Part shown: positions 1-8,219 of the stretch, one piece after another
Numbering within the stretch: the first letter of the stretch is position 1
Layout: each line of letters starts with the position of its first letter
Virus record (IMG/VR): IMGVR_UViG_3300047560_000136
Span: 1 to 25,522 of that record
From: a virus
Lineage: Duplodnaviria; Caudoviricetes
Length of the DNA stretch: 25,522 nucleotides
Reading direction: 5' to 3' (one strand)
The notes under the pieces: model-generated
The model's input: the letters and a program-made list of their open reading frames with translations, nothing else
What the model was told of the DNA's origin: nothing
Database searches by the model: none
Made by a program: the position numbers and the translations under genes

Positions 1-125
1 GAGCCATCAGATAATAAAATAACCAAATAATGTTTATTATCGTAAAAATCAGCGCCAATGTCTTTGATTGTTTTGTTTTGTAGAAAATCGAATAGATTAT
101 CGATGGTTTCATGGGAAGTTTGCAT
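1..125 (-). CDS. Partial hypothetical protein running off the left edge (MQTSHETIDNLFDFLQNKTIKDIGADFYDNKHYLVILLSDG...)
   Basis: My translation: ATG at 125, open to position 1, overlapping the end of 109..552. A second frame starting at ATG 112 (ATGA overlap) is also open, so the true frame is uncertain. Confidence 0.4.
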   Translation of the reverse strand, partial: MQTSHETIDNLFDFLQNKTIKDIGADFYDNKHYLVILLSDG

Positions 126-552
126 TTAAAGATTCTAACACAACTTCAGGCTTAACAAATTTGTTAGCATCATGTTCTGTATGTTCCCACCATAAAAATT
201 GGTTTTGAACCAAATTATTTCTGTCCTTTAAAAGATTAATATTTTCAGGATGCCCGAATATCAAAGGATCAGAAACCGACCACAGAACTATACCACATTT
301 TCCTTGATCCCATGCTAAATGTTGAAAAAAACTATCACAAGATATCCATGTTTTGCATTGATCTATTAAGATTCGCAGTTCGGATAATGAAAGATTTTTT
401 CTAAAGTCATCGACTAATTGTTCTTCACCTTCTATGCCCACTTGAACTATTGGTTGGTCAATAAGTCTAATAAGTTCTTTCCAGTAAGGGTAATTTTTTG
501 GATTAATTTTTCCATTCTTTAAAGCTTTAGAATAAGGGCTGATGATTATCAT
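109..552 (-). CDS. Glycosyltransferase family 9-like (GT-B, heptosyltransferase-type) C-terminal domain as a stand-alone protein
   Basis: IIISPYS...KNYPYWKELI and LSELRILIDQCKTWISCDSFFQHLAW...GIVLW resemble the GT9 signature (KxWp...L.el.ali...DSG..HLA). ATGA overlap with the upstream gene at 549-552. Confidence 0.7.
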   Translation of the reverse strand: MIIISPYSKALKNGKINPKNYPYWKELIRLIDQPIVQVGIEGEEQLVDDFRKNLSLSELRILIDQCKTWISCDSFFQHLAWDQGKCGIVLWSVSDPLIFGHPENINLLKDRNNLVQNQFLWWEHTEHDANKFVKPEVVLESLNANFP

Positions 553-1523
553 AGATACATTTTTCTAAAAGCATCTTCTAATGTGCCAGTCCAATTCCAT
601 TGACACATCTTTCCATAAATATTGTATTGATCTAAATTGCCAAACAATGCATAAGCTTCAGCAAGTGATTTGCCGGGAACAATATCAGGATAGCAAGTAA
701 ATACTTCAGCATTTTTTATATCAGGCAATACATGACTAAATACAATATGATCGCCCATGCCACAATCAAGCACTACAATTGTTTTGTCTTTATGATTTAA
801 AACATTTTTAAAAATAGATTCATCTTGTTCATAAAGCTTTTGATTAGTTTCGGATCGAATACCGCCATCAGGATTTTTAAGATGCCATGTAACTGCATTG
901 GGAATAACCATAATCTTATAGCCTTTTAAAAATAAGCCATAAGTAAATAATGTTTCTTCCCGATGGGCTACCCTTGAAAGACCAAGATTGTAATCATGCA
1001 CGCCAGCACGATAAAGAAAAGAACAATGAAGATGTTCAACTTCTTTTGCCTGTTCAATATAATTCCATTGAATATTAGGTTCTATATCAATATTTTCTAA
1101 TTTGCCTGTCGAATTTAATACTTCTTGTTTAATGGGCGGCGTTAAAATTGATCCACCTATTGCACCTATATTTTCCCTTGAAACCGCACAATCAAATAAT
1201 CTTGCTAATACATTAGGTTCAGGAATTGCATCATCATCTACACGCCAAACCCAATCATATCCCATGCAATTAGCCGCCTGATGAATATGATGCTGACCTT
1301 TCTTTCCAGCATAAATCCATTCCCATTCTATGCCTTTAATATTTAACATTTGAAAGAAATAACTATAAATCATTTCATTTCGCATATCTTGTGGTTCATC
1401 GTTATCATCAAAGATAACTAGCTTATCAACCTTTTTTGTTTGATTGATTATGGCATTAAGCACTAAAGGTAAAGTTGTATGATATCTGCCACGGGTTGCT
1501 ACAGAACAAAGAACTTTATCCAC
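549..1523 (-). CDS. Glycosyltransferase family 2 (GT-A) with a C-terminal GT9-like N-terminal fragment
   Basis: N-terminal VLCSVATRGR...LNAIINQT...LVIFDD, DxD motif WVWRVDDDAIPEP, acceptor region HREET, and WHLK. The C-terminal IVVLDCGMGDHIV resembles the GT9 GxGD motif. GTG start overlaps the MTase stop. Confidence 0.85.
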   Translation of the reverse strand: MDKVLCSVATRGRYHTTLPLVLNAIINQTKKVDKLVIFDDNDEPQDMRNEMIYSYFFQMLNIKGIEWEWIYAGKKGQHHIHQAANCMGYDWVWRVDDDAIPEPNVLARLFDCAVSRENIGAIGGSILTPPIKQEVLNSTGKLENIDIEPNIQWNYIEQAKEVEHLHCSFLYRAGVHDYNLGLSRVAHREETLFTYGLFLKGYKIMVIPNAVTWHLKNPDGGIRSETNQKLYEQDESIFKNVLNHKDKTIVVLDCGMGDHIVFSHVLPDIKNAEVFTCYPDIVPGKSLAEAYALFGNLDQYNIYGKMCQWNWTGTLEDAFRKMYL

Positions 1524-2145
1524 GATCCCACCGCATAATCATAAGATTGCATCGATTGTTTTGATTAATTTCTTGTGGGTAATCAGTAATATAGCCAGTT
1601 TCATTAATGTAATTAAATAAGAAACCATTAAAATGCGCTTCATTTAATTGATGAAGTTTGTGATGTTCCCCCCAAAATCCTACGGGTTCATTATGTGGAA
1701 CTGTGATTAAAAGCCGTCTGCAATGATTCTTTAATTGTTCAACAATTTGAAGTCCATTATCTAAATGTTCTATAACTTCAAAAGCCACGATTGTATCGTA
1801 AAATGCTAAAGGGTATGTATTGATATCAGCAAAAGAAAAAGATGTGTTTAAGCCCCATTCCTGTTCGCGTGCAACCTGAATAATTGTATGGTCGTAATCT
1901 AGCCCCATATAATTAATGTCGTTAGGAAAGAATTGTGATCCGTAGCCAGTAGAACAACCTATTTCAAGAATTTTCTTGCCAAATAGATTGCGGTTAGCCC
2001 AAAGATAACGGGTGGCTTCCCTAGGCAATACTGGATCGCCTTTAAGAAAAACCGCCCGTTCATAATTGTTTGATAGTAAAAATCTGTATTGATTTTGGTC
2101 ATACTCTTTCAAGTAGTCCAAAACTTCTTTTGATATCTTATTCAT
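1516..2145 (-). CDS. Class I SAM-dependent methyltransferase (small-molecule/sugar type)
   Basis: Motif I KILEIGCSTGYG, motif II YMGLDY, YDTIVAFEVIEHL, LLITVP. No DNA-MTase DPPY/PC motif seen. AAGGA RBS upstream. Confidence 0.85.
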   Translation of the reverse strand: MNKISKEVLDYLKEYDQNQYRFLLSNNYERAVFLKGDPVLPREATRYLWANRNLFGKKILEIGCSTGYGSQFFPNDINYMGLDYDHTIIQVAREQEWGLNTSFSFADINTYPLAFYDTIVAFEVIEHLDNGLQIVEQLKNHCRRLLITVPHNEPVGFWGEHHKLHQLNEAHFNGFLFNYINETGYITDYPQEINQNNRCNLMIMRWDRG

Positions 2146-2155
2146 GTTTTATCCT

Positions 2156-4537
2156 TTAGATTGGATATATAGCTAATACCCTATCATTTAAAGTTAATGC
2201 AGTTGTTGTAAATGTAGTGCCGCCTGATACTGTGCAATCAGTTCCATTCACAAGTATAACACCATTAACTGAAACTTGAATCTTGTTTGCAGTATAACTG
2301 TTAGTTGTTGTAAATGATGTTTGTCCAGCCGTAGCAGTATAAGCATTATAAATTAAATTGCTTACTAAACTTGCTTGAATTCCGCTATAACCGGAATAGC
2401 CACTAATACCTGAACCACTATAACCTGAATAGCCTGAAATACCTGAAGCGCCATTAGTTCCGTTTTGTCCGCTATAGCCTGAATATCCGCTTGCGCCAAT
2501 GCTTCCATTAATTCCACTATATCCTGAATATCCCGAAATTCCACTTTCGCCAACTTGACCACTAAAGCCTGAATAACCGGATATACCTGAACCACTATAA
2601 CCGGAATAACCACTTATACCACTTCCTGAATAACCTGAAATTCCTGAATATCCTGAAAAACCGCTATATCCACTATATCCTGAAATAGCATAAGTTACTT
2701 GTGTTGCAGTAAATATAACTGATGGTGTTTCAGGGTAAGTTGCATTGCCAGCTATTGTTTCTAAATAAACATTTGCATTAGAAGTATCCCAATATAATTC
2801 AATATAATCATTTGCATTTAAATCTAATACAAAATTAACAGTTAATATATTTGATGTATATGCACTTCCTTGTTTATCAGGAACATCATAATGTGAATTA
2901 GTATCAGCAACATTTGTTCCATTCTTTTTTAACCAAACTTGGGTAGAACCTAACCCTGTGCTATGGTTTGTAAATTGAATAGAAAATGTAAGACTATATG
3001 TTCCTGTGTTATTAAATACAATTCTTGATGAAGGCGATCCAATAGATATATCCCTTGAATTTGTATCATAACTATTAAAAGTGATTGCAGTTGGTGTATT
3101 TGTAGTTGTAGCTTGCGTTGTAGTATCCCAAAATGAACCCCAAGATGCTACTGTGCCGCCTAAACCCGGCGCGCCTGAATAGCCACTATATCCCGAAATT
3201 CCGCTATAACCGGAAGTTCCAATTCCTGAATAGCCACTATAACCACTATAGCCTGAAGTGCCTGAACCACTATAACCGGAATAACCGGATACACCACTTC
3301 CTGAAAATCCACTATATCCGGAAATTCCTGAAAATCCTGATTGTCCATCTATTCCGCTATATCCGCTATAGCCCGAAATTCCTGATTCGCCAACCGCGCC
3401 ACTATAGCCACTATATCCGCTAAATCCACTAACGCCCGATCCGCTAAATCCTGAAAAACCTGAATATCCTGAAATTCCGGATTCGCCAATTGCGCCCGAA
3501 AATCCACTATATCCACTAATTCCGCTTGCGCCAACTTCGCCTGAAAATCCTGACCATCCTGAAAATCCGCTAAATCCTGATTGTCCGCTAAATCCGCTAA
3601 TTCCTGAAAATCCTGATGCGCCAACTTCGCCGCTATATCCTGAAAATCCTGATATGCCACTTGCGCCCGGTGGTCCTACAATTTGACCAGCATCAAACCA
3701 AGTTGATCCATTCCAAACATATAAGTCGCCATCAGATGTAACAATATAAGCGTCATTAATATTTGCGCTTGGTGGAAGGTCTGCTGGTGTAGGAACTTCG
3801 CCTACAATATTAATATTTGCGCCTTGTTGTCCGCTATAACCCGAAAATCCTGAATAGCCCGATATTCCACTTCCGCTATAGCCCGAAATTCCTGAAAAAC
3901 CACTATAGCCGCTTACGCCTGATCCGCTATATCCTGATATGCCTGACCATCCACTATAGCCTGAAATTCCACTTCCACTAAATCCTGAAAATCCGCTAAT
4001 GCCTGATTGTCCAACTGCGCCACTAAATCCGCTATATCCCGAAATTCCTGATTGTCCAACTGCGCCTGACCATCCTGAAAATCCACTTATTCCTGAAAAT
4101 CCACTTATTCCACTACCTGAATATCCTGAATATCCTGAAAAGCCACTAGTGCCAACTGCGCCCGAAAATCCGGATGCGCCATTTTGTCCTGAATATCCTG
4201 AAATTCCTGAAAATCCGCTATAGCCTGAAATTCCACTAGCGCCTTGAATTGATTGACCTGAATACCCGGAATAACCACTTATGCCTGAACCTGAATAACC
4301 GGAATAACCGCTTACACCTGATCCTGAAAATCCTGAATAGCCCGAAAATCCGCTATATCCGCTAGCGCCCGAACCACCTGAATAACCAATTCCACTATAC
4401 CCGCTAAAACCGCTATAACCTGAATAGCCCGATGCCCCAGCAATACCACGATCAATTGTGATTTCAGTTGCGGCGGTAGGTGTTACATTAACAGTTAAAT
4501 TATTGCTATCTATTACATCAATATTATAGTTAGCCAT
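2156..4537 (-). CDS. Collagen-like (Gly-X-Ser)n virion fibre protein with internal globular domains, including a probable C1q/TNF-like domain
   Basis: Three blocks of SG[Y/F/I]SG repeats. They are separated by a short GDLYVWNGSTW domain and a beta-rich domain (WGSFWDTTTQ...ITFN...TGTYSLTFSIQF...VWLKKNG...DYIELYW). Located at the end of the tail module. Confidence 0.75.
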   Translation of the reverse strand: MANYNIDVIDSNNLTVNVTPTAATEITIDRGIAGASGYSGYSGFSGYSGIGYSGGSGASGYSGFSGYSGFSGSGVSGYSGYSGSGISGYSGYSGQSIQGASGISGYSGFSGISGYSGQNGASGFSGAVGTSGFSGYSGYSGSGISGFSGISGFSGWSGAVGQSGISGYSGFSGAVGQSGISGFSGFSGSGISGYSGWSGISGYSGSGVSGYSGFSGISGYSGSGISGYSGFSGYSGQQGANINIVGEVPTPADLPPSANINDAYIVTSDGDLYVWNGSTWFDAGQIVGPPGASGISGFSGYSGEVGASGFSGISGFSGQSGFSGFSGWSGFSGEVGASGISGYSGFSGAIGESGISGYSGFSGFSGSGVSGFSGYSGYSGAVGESGISGYSGYSGIDGQSGFSGISGYSGFSGSGVSGYSGYSGSGTSGYSGYSGYSGIGTSGYSGISGYSGYSGAPGLGGTVASWGSFWDTTTQATTTNTPTAITFNSYDTNSRDISIGSPSSRIVFNNTGTYSLTFSIQFTNHSTGLGSTQVWLKKNGTNVADTNSHYDVPDKQGSAYTSNILTVNFVLDLNANDYIELYWDTSNANVYLETIAGNATYPETPSVIFTATQVTYAISGYSGYSGFSGYSGISGYSGSGISGYSGYSGSGISGYSGFSGQVGESGISGYSGYSGINGSIGASGYSGYSGQNGTNGASGISGYSGYSGSGISGYSGYSGIQASLVSNLIYNAYTATAGQTSFTTTNSYTANKIQVSVNGVILVNGTDCTVSGGTTFTTTALTLNDRVLAIYPI
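2380..2690 (-). repeat. Gly-X-Ser coding repeat block 3 (approximate bounds)
   Basis: Imperfect 9-nt periodicity (cctgaata, ccactata, ccggaata variants on + strand). Confidence 0.85.
3160..3675 (-). repeat. Gly-X-Ser coding repeat block 2 (approximate bounds)
   Basis: Imperfect 9-nt periodicity encoding SGFSGISGYSG. Confidence 0.85.
3821..4447 (-). repeat. Gly-X-Ser coding repeat block 1 (approximate bounds)
   Basis: Imperfect 9-nt periodicity. Includes an exact 20-bp direct repeat cctgattgtccaactgcgcc at 4002-4021 and 4047-4066. Confidence 0.85.
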
Positions 4538-4538
4538 A

Positions 4539-5018
4539 TTAGTTCACCACGCCATCTGATCTAACTAGGAATAATAAGAAAATAATAATATCTTGGGCTG
4601 GTGTTGAACCTGAAGCTGGAAATCCAATTTTAATGCGACCTGAAAAGCCTACGCAATTTTCAGCATTAATATCTAATTGTGGATCAGTTGATATAACTGA
4701 CCATGTTGATTCATCAATAACAAGTGTAAATATGCCTAAAGCATCATTTCTATTTTCAATAGTTAATGATACTGGTGTTGGTGTGGGTGTGTAATCTGCA
4801 ATATCAAATGTAAGACCATATCGGCTATCATGGATATTAGATAATTGTCTGCGAATGATTGTAGCATCAATAGTAGCACCAGTTAAATCTACTGGAACGC
4901 CATCAGTATTAAATGCTAAATTCCAAAAGGTTTTTTGATTATAAACAAGTTCGCCAGCAATGATTTCATTATCAAAGCCACTTACTTGTTGAAGTGTGTT
5001 TTTATTAAAGATAGCCAT
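4539..5018 (-). CDS. Putative virion structural protein/fibre adaptor
   Basis: Beta-rich 159 aa with a PVDLTGATI motif typical of Ig-like phage fibre-attachment (BppU-N-like) domains. AAGGA RBS. Directly upstream of the collagen-like gene. Confidence 0.5.
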   Translation of the reverse strand: MAIFNKNTLQQVSGFDNEIIAGELVYNQKTFWNLAFNTDGVPVDLTGATIDATIIRRQLSNIHDSRYGLTFDIADYTPTPTPVSLTIENRNDALGIFTLVIDESTWSVISTDPQLDINAENCVGFSGRIKIGFPASGSTPAQDIIIFLLFLVRSDGVVN

Positions 5019-5042
5019 AATTTTTCCTTACAAGGTTAATGA

Positions 5043-5068
5043 CGCAAGCATCTTTCTGACGCAATGCG
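5043..5068 (-). promoter_or_regulatory. Leader hairpin upstream of the 159-aa gene
   Basis: Minus strand CGCA-TT-GCGTC-AGAAA-GATGC-T-TGCG can pair (4 bp plus 5 bp with one G-U). No U-tract follows. Overlaps a TGACGCAA direct repeat. Confidence 0.35.
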
Positions 5069-5091
5069 AATATGTCTTATCTTTTATATAA

Positions 5092-5442
5092 TTATACAGT
5101 AATAATTATTTTCCATGAAGTAGAAGCTTCATCCCATTCATATTTTTCACCATCATCAGGATATGGTGTAGGTGCTTCCCAAGTCCATGTTGATTCATTT
5201 AAAGTCCATGAAGCATATGGTTGTGGCGCATAAAATACATCATTAGTTCTGTCATAAGTGTATCCAATACCAGCGTAATTACCTCTTAATGGTCTGCCTT
5301 CAGGATGTTGATTTCCTTTAGTGTTATAAGAAGTTTGTATCCATTCACCCGGTGATGAATCTACAAATGTATCAAAAAATTCTTTTTCTGCAACGATAAC
5401 TTGAACTACTTTACCATCACAAACTTTAGCAAAATGCGACAT
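5092..5442 (-). CDS. Small Trp/Pro-rich phage protein, probable partner or assembly factor of the glycine-rich fibres
   Basis: MSHFAKV...WIQTSYN...RGNYAGIGYTYD...F.APQPYASW.L...WEAP.PYP...WDE is a pattern I recognise from aquatic phage genes that follow glycine-rich fibre genes. Good RBS (AAGGGG). Confidence 0.6.
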   Translation of the reverse strand: MSHFAKVCDGKVVQVIVAEKEFFDTFVDSSPGEWIQTSYNTKGNQHPEGRPLRGNYAGIGYTYDRTNDVFYAPQPYASWTLNESTWTWEAPTPYPDDGEKYEWDEASTSWKIIITV

Positions 5443-5469
5443 ATATTTCCCCTTTATTCTTATTATACC

Positions 5470-6804
5470 TTATGCGGTATATGTTCCTGAAGCAGTATAT
5501 TTTAAAATTGTATTAGAACCTGAAGTAGTAACTGTAGGTGATCCAGTAGTTGTGCCTGTATATGATGATGTAGGAATTGATAATATTACTACACCTGATC
5601 CGCCTGATCCGCCAGTTCCACTATTTCTTCTTCCACCACCACCACCACCACCAGTATTTGCTGTAGCATTACCACCAGCACCATTACCACCACCACCATT
5701 ACCGCCAGCACCACCTAATGCAGTTTCAGTTCCACCACCACCACCACCAGCATAATAAGTAGATGCACCAGTAATAGAAGATGCCAAACCAATTCCGCCC
5801 GGACCGGGATTATTATCACTTCCTGTTCCACCTACTGCACCAGCACCACCACCGCCACCAGCAGATGAATTTGTTGAAGGATTGCCACCATTACCACCTG
5901 AATTGCCTTGTCCTGATGTTCCTGATCCACCTAAACCCGGACTTGCAGTATTTCCATTATATGCACCACCACCACCACCTGAACCACCTGAATTACCATT
6001 ATAATTTGGATTATTACCACCATATCCACCACCATTTGATGTAATAGTTGTAATTCCTGTTCCACTTAATACAGAATTTGATCCATTGGCATTTGCTGAT
6101 CCACCACCACCAACAGTTATAGTATAAACTGATCCGGGTGTTAAATTAGCAGTAGATGTTTGATAACCACCAGCGCCACCACCGCCACCAGCGTAAGGTG
6201 CGCCAGTTGTTGATACAGTTCCACCGCCACCACCGCCAGCAACAACCAAATATGAAATAGGAATTTGTTGTGCAAAAGGTGTTCCTGATTTATAAACATT
6301 AGATTGACTTAACCAACCTTGTGTTGAATCAATATAAACTAATGTTAATCCCATTCTGTTTGTAGAAATAATAATATTGCCTGTGCCTGAATTTATTTTT
6401 CCACCATTAGGTGCAACAGTAATATTATTAGTTGCCGCAGTTCCAGCATAATCTACAATAACTACTGATTGACCAATAGTAGGGCTAGAAGGTAATGTTA
6501 CTGTAATAGTTGATGAAGTTGTATTAACTAAATAACCATATCCAGCAGATGCAGTAAATGATGAAGTTTGAACTGCCGCCCAAGTTAAAGCACCTGAAGC
6601 TGATCCGTAAGTATAAGCTGATCCATCAGTTCCTAAAATTGTGCCATTAGCACCGACAGTTGTTAGGTTAGTGCCGCCTTTGTTAATAGGAATAGTGGGT
6701 AAATTAGTTGTAGGAAATTGATTAACTAATCCAGTAGTAGGATCAATCTGACCTGATGAATTTAAGGTATTAGCAAACTTTCCTAAATTATATGCTTGCG
6801 ACAT
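5470..6804 (-). CDS. Glycine-rich tail fibre/adhesin protein, paralogue 2
   Basis: N-terminal fibre domain (GYLVNTTS..ITVTLPSSP..G..DYAGTAATNNI) and a C-terminal glycine-rich domain (YLVVAGGGGGG...YYAGGGGGG...GGSGVVILS). Confidence 0.75.
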   Translation of the reverse strand: MSQAYNLGKFANTLNSSGQIDPTTGLVNQFPTTNLPTIPINKGGTNLTTVGANGTILGTDGSAYTYGSASGALTWAAVQTSSFTASAGYGYLVNTTSSTITVTLPSSPTIGQSVVIVDYAGTAATNNITVAPNGGKINSGTGNIIISTNRMGLTLVYIDSTQGWLSQSNVYKSGTPFAQQIPISYLVVAGGGGGGTVSTTGAPYAGGGGGAGGYQTSTANLTPGSVYTITVGGGGSANANGSNSVLSGTGITTITSNGGGYGGNNPNYNGNSGGSGGGGGAYNGNTASPGLGGSGTSGQGNSGGNGGNPSTNSSAGGGGGAGAVGGTGSDNNPGPGGIGLASSITGASTYYAGGGGGGTETALGGAGGNGGGGNGAGGNATANTGGGGGGGRRNSGTGGSGGSGVVILSIPTSSYTGTTTGSPTVTTSGSNTILKYTASGTYTA

Positions 6805-6812
6805 TAATTATC

Positions 6813-8210
6813 CTATGCAGTATATGAACCTGATGCAGTAAATTTAATAATGGTATTAGAACCTGATGTTGTTACAGTTGGGCTACCAGTTGTTGTTCCT
6901 GAATAATTTGCAGTAGGAACAGAAAGAATAACAACGCCTGATCCGCCATTTCCACCGGGATAATTTTGAACTGATGGAACAATATAATAACTACCACCAC
7001 CACCACCACCGCCAAGATTGGCAGTTCCAGCGCTTCCTGTTAATGTAAGTGTATTTGCACCAGTTCCACCCCCGCCTTGACCGCCCGGTCTTGCAGTTTG
7101 TTGTCCTTCACCATTTACACCAGCCGCAATTGCACCACCACCACCGCCACCATAATAAACTGATGATCCAGTAATGCTTGAAGTAACACCATCACCGCCA
7201 GTTGCGCCATAAGGCGATACATTGGTTGAAGGATTACCAGCCGCCCCAGCGCCACCACCACCTGAACCGCAATAAGTATCAGAACCAGCAATTTTTACAC
7301 CAGTATTATTACCACCAGCATATCCTTGACCAGCAGTTCCTGAACCACCTGATGATGTAAAACGACCAGCACCACCGCCACCTGAACCGCCTGATAAACC
7401 ATTATTGCTATCACCAGCACCGCCACCGCCACCAGCAGTTGCAGTTAAACTAAATCCAGTAGAATTTGATCCGCTAGTTCCCATACCAGCGCCACCAGTT
7501 CCTGAACCACCTGTTGCAACACCACCAGCACCGCCACCGCCTACTGTAAATGAATAAACAGTTCCTGGTGTTAAAGTTGTTGATCCAGTAATAACGCCAC
7601 CAGCGCCACCACCACCACCAAATCTAGAACCGCCACCACCTCCACCAGCAACTACAAGATAAGATGCTGAATAAGTATTTATAAATGGCGTTGTTGAATA
7701 TACATCACTAACCGCAACCCAGCCTTGTGTAGCATCTGCATATACAAGTGTTAATCCTTCACGATTTGTTGTAATAAAATAATTAGTGGTATTACCTTGA
7801 ATTTTATTTCCATTTCTTCCTAAAATAATATTGTTAGTAGCGGCAGTTCCAGCATAATCAATAATTGAAATCATATCGCCAGCAGTAGGGCTTGCTGGAA
7901 GTGTTACTGTAATTGCACCTGAAGTTGTATTGACTGGATAACCATAATTAGATGTTGCAGTAAAGTTTGAAGCTTGAACAGATTGCCATGCAATTGTGCC
8001 AGCAACATTACCCCATGATAAATTAGTGCCATCAGATTTTAATACTTGACCAGCAGTTCCTACTGAAGTTAGTCCTGTGCCACCTTTTGTAGTAGGAATA
8101 GTAGGTAAATTAGTTGTTGAAATTGTGCCTGTAAATCCTGTGGAAGCATCGGCTTGACCACTTGTATTTACTTTATTAGCGAATTGGGATAAATTAAATG
8201 CTTGCGTCAT
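6813..8210 (-). CDS. Glycine-rich tail fibre/adhesin protein, paralogue 1
   Basis: Same architecture as 5470..6804 with near-identical termini (GTTTGSPTVTTSGSNTI.K.TASG.YTA). Directly follows the tail tip gene. Confidence 0.75.
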   Translation of the reverse strand: MTQAFNLSQFANKVNTSGQADASTGFTGTISTTNLPTIPTTKGGTGLTSVGTAGQVLKSDGTNLSWGNVAGTIAWQSVQASNFTATSNYGYPVNTTSGAITVTLPASPTAGDMISIIDYAGTAATNNIILGRNGNKIQGNTTNYFITTNREGLTLVYADATQGWVAVSDVYSTTPFINTYSASYLVVAGGGGGGSRFGGGGGAGGVITGSTTLTPGTVYSFTVGGGGAGGVATGGSGTGGAGMGTSGSNSTGFSLTATAGGGGGAGDSNNGLSGGSGGGGAGRFTSSGGSGTAGQGYAGGNNTGVKIAGSDTYCGSGGGGAGAAGNPSTNVSPYGATGGDGVTSSITGSSVYYGGGGGGAIAAGVNGEGQQTARPGGQGGGGTGANTLTLTGSAGTANLGGGGGGGSYYIVPSVQNYPGGNGGSGVVILSVPTANYSGTTTGSPTVTTSGSNTIIKFTASGSYTA

Positions 8211-8219
8211 CGTTATTCC

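Noticed and set aside
1516-2145. DNA methyltransferase (anti-restriction) interpretation
   Set aside because: It lacks DPPY/NPPY or PC catalytic motifs. The FEVIEHL/ITVP pattern fits small-molecule or sugar methyltransferases.
2365-4223. Alternative-frame and antisense ORFs within the collagen-like gene (2365..2613, 3133..3423, 3160..3348, 3349..3660, 3999..4223)
   Set aside because: These are by-products of the 9-nt coding periodicity, which lacks stops in other frames. No independent support.
2380-4447. Repeat blocks as a possible CRISPR array or non-coding tandem repeat
   Set aside because: There is no constant repeat with unique spacers. Variation is at synonymous positions of a Gly-X-Ser protein repeat.
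5462-5467. TATAAT on the minus strand upstream of the 116-aa gene
   Set aside because: No -35 or extended -10 element, and the hexamer is expected by chance in AT-rich DNA.
5552-6044. Plus-strand poly-Pro and poly-His ORFs (5552..5755, 5781..6044)
   Set aside because: Antisense shadows of GGT/GGC glycine runs.
5470-8210. Diversity-generating retroelement or invertible cassette acting on the paired fibre genes
   Set aside because: No reverse transcriptase or invertase in the window, both genes are in the same orientation, and differences are mostly synonymous rather than adenine-specific.
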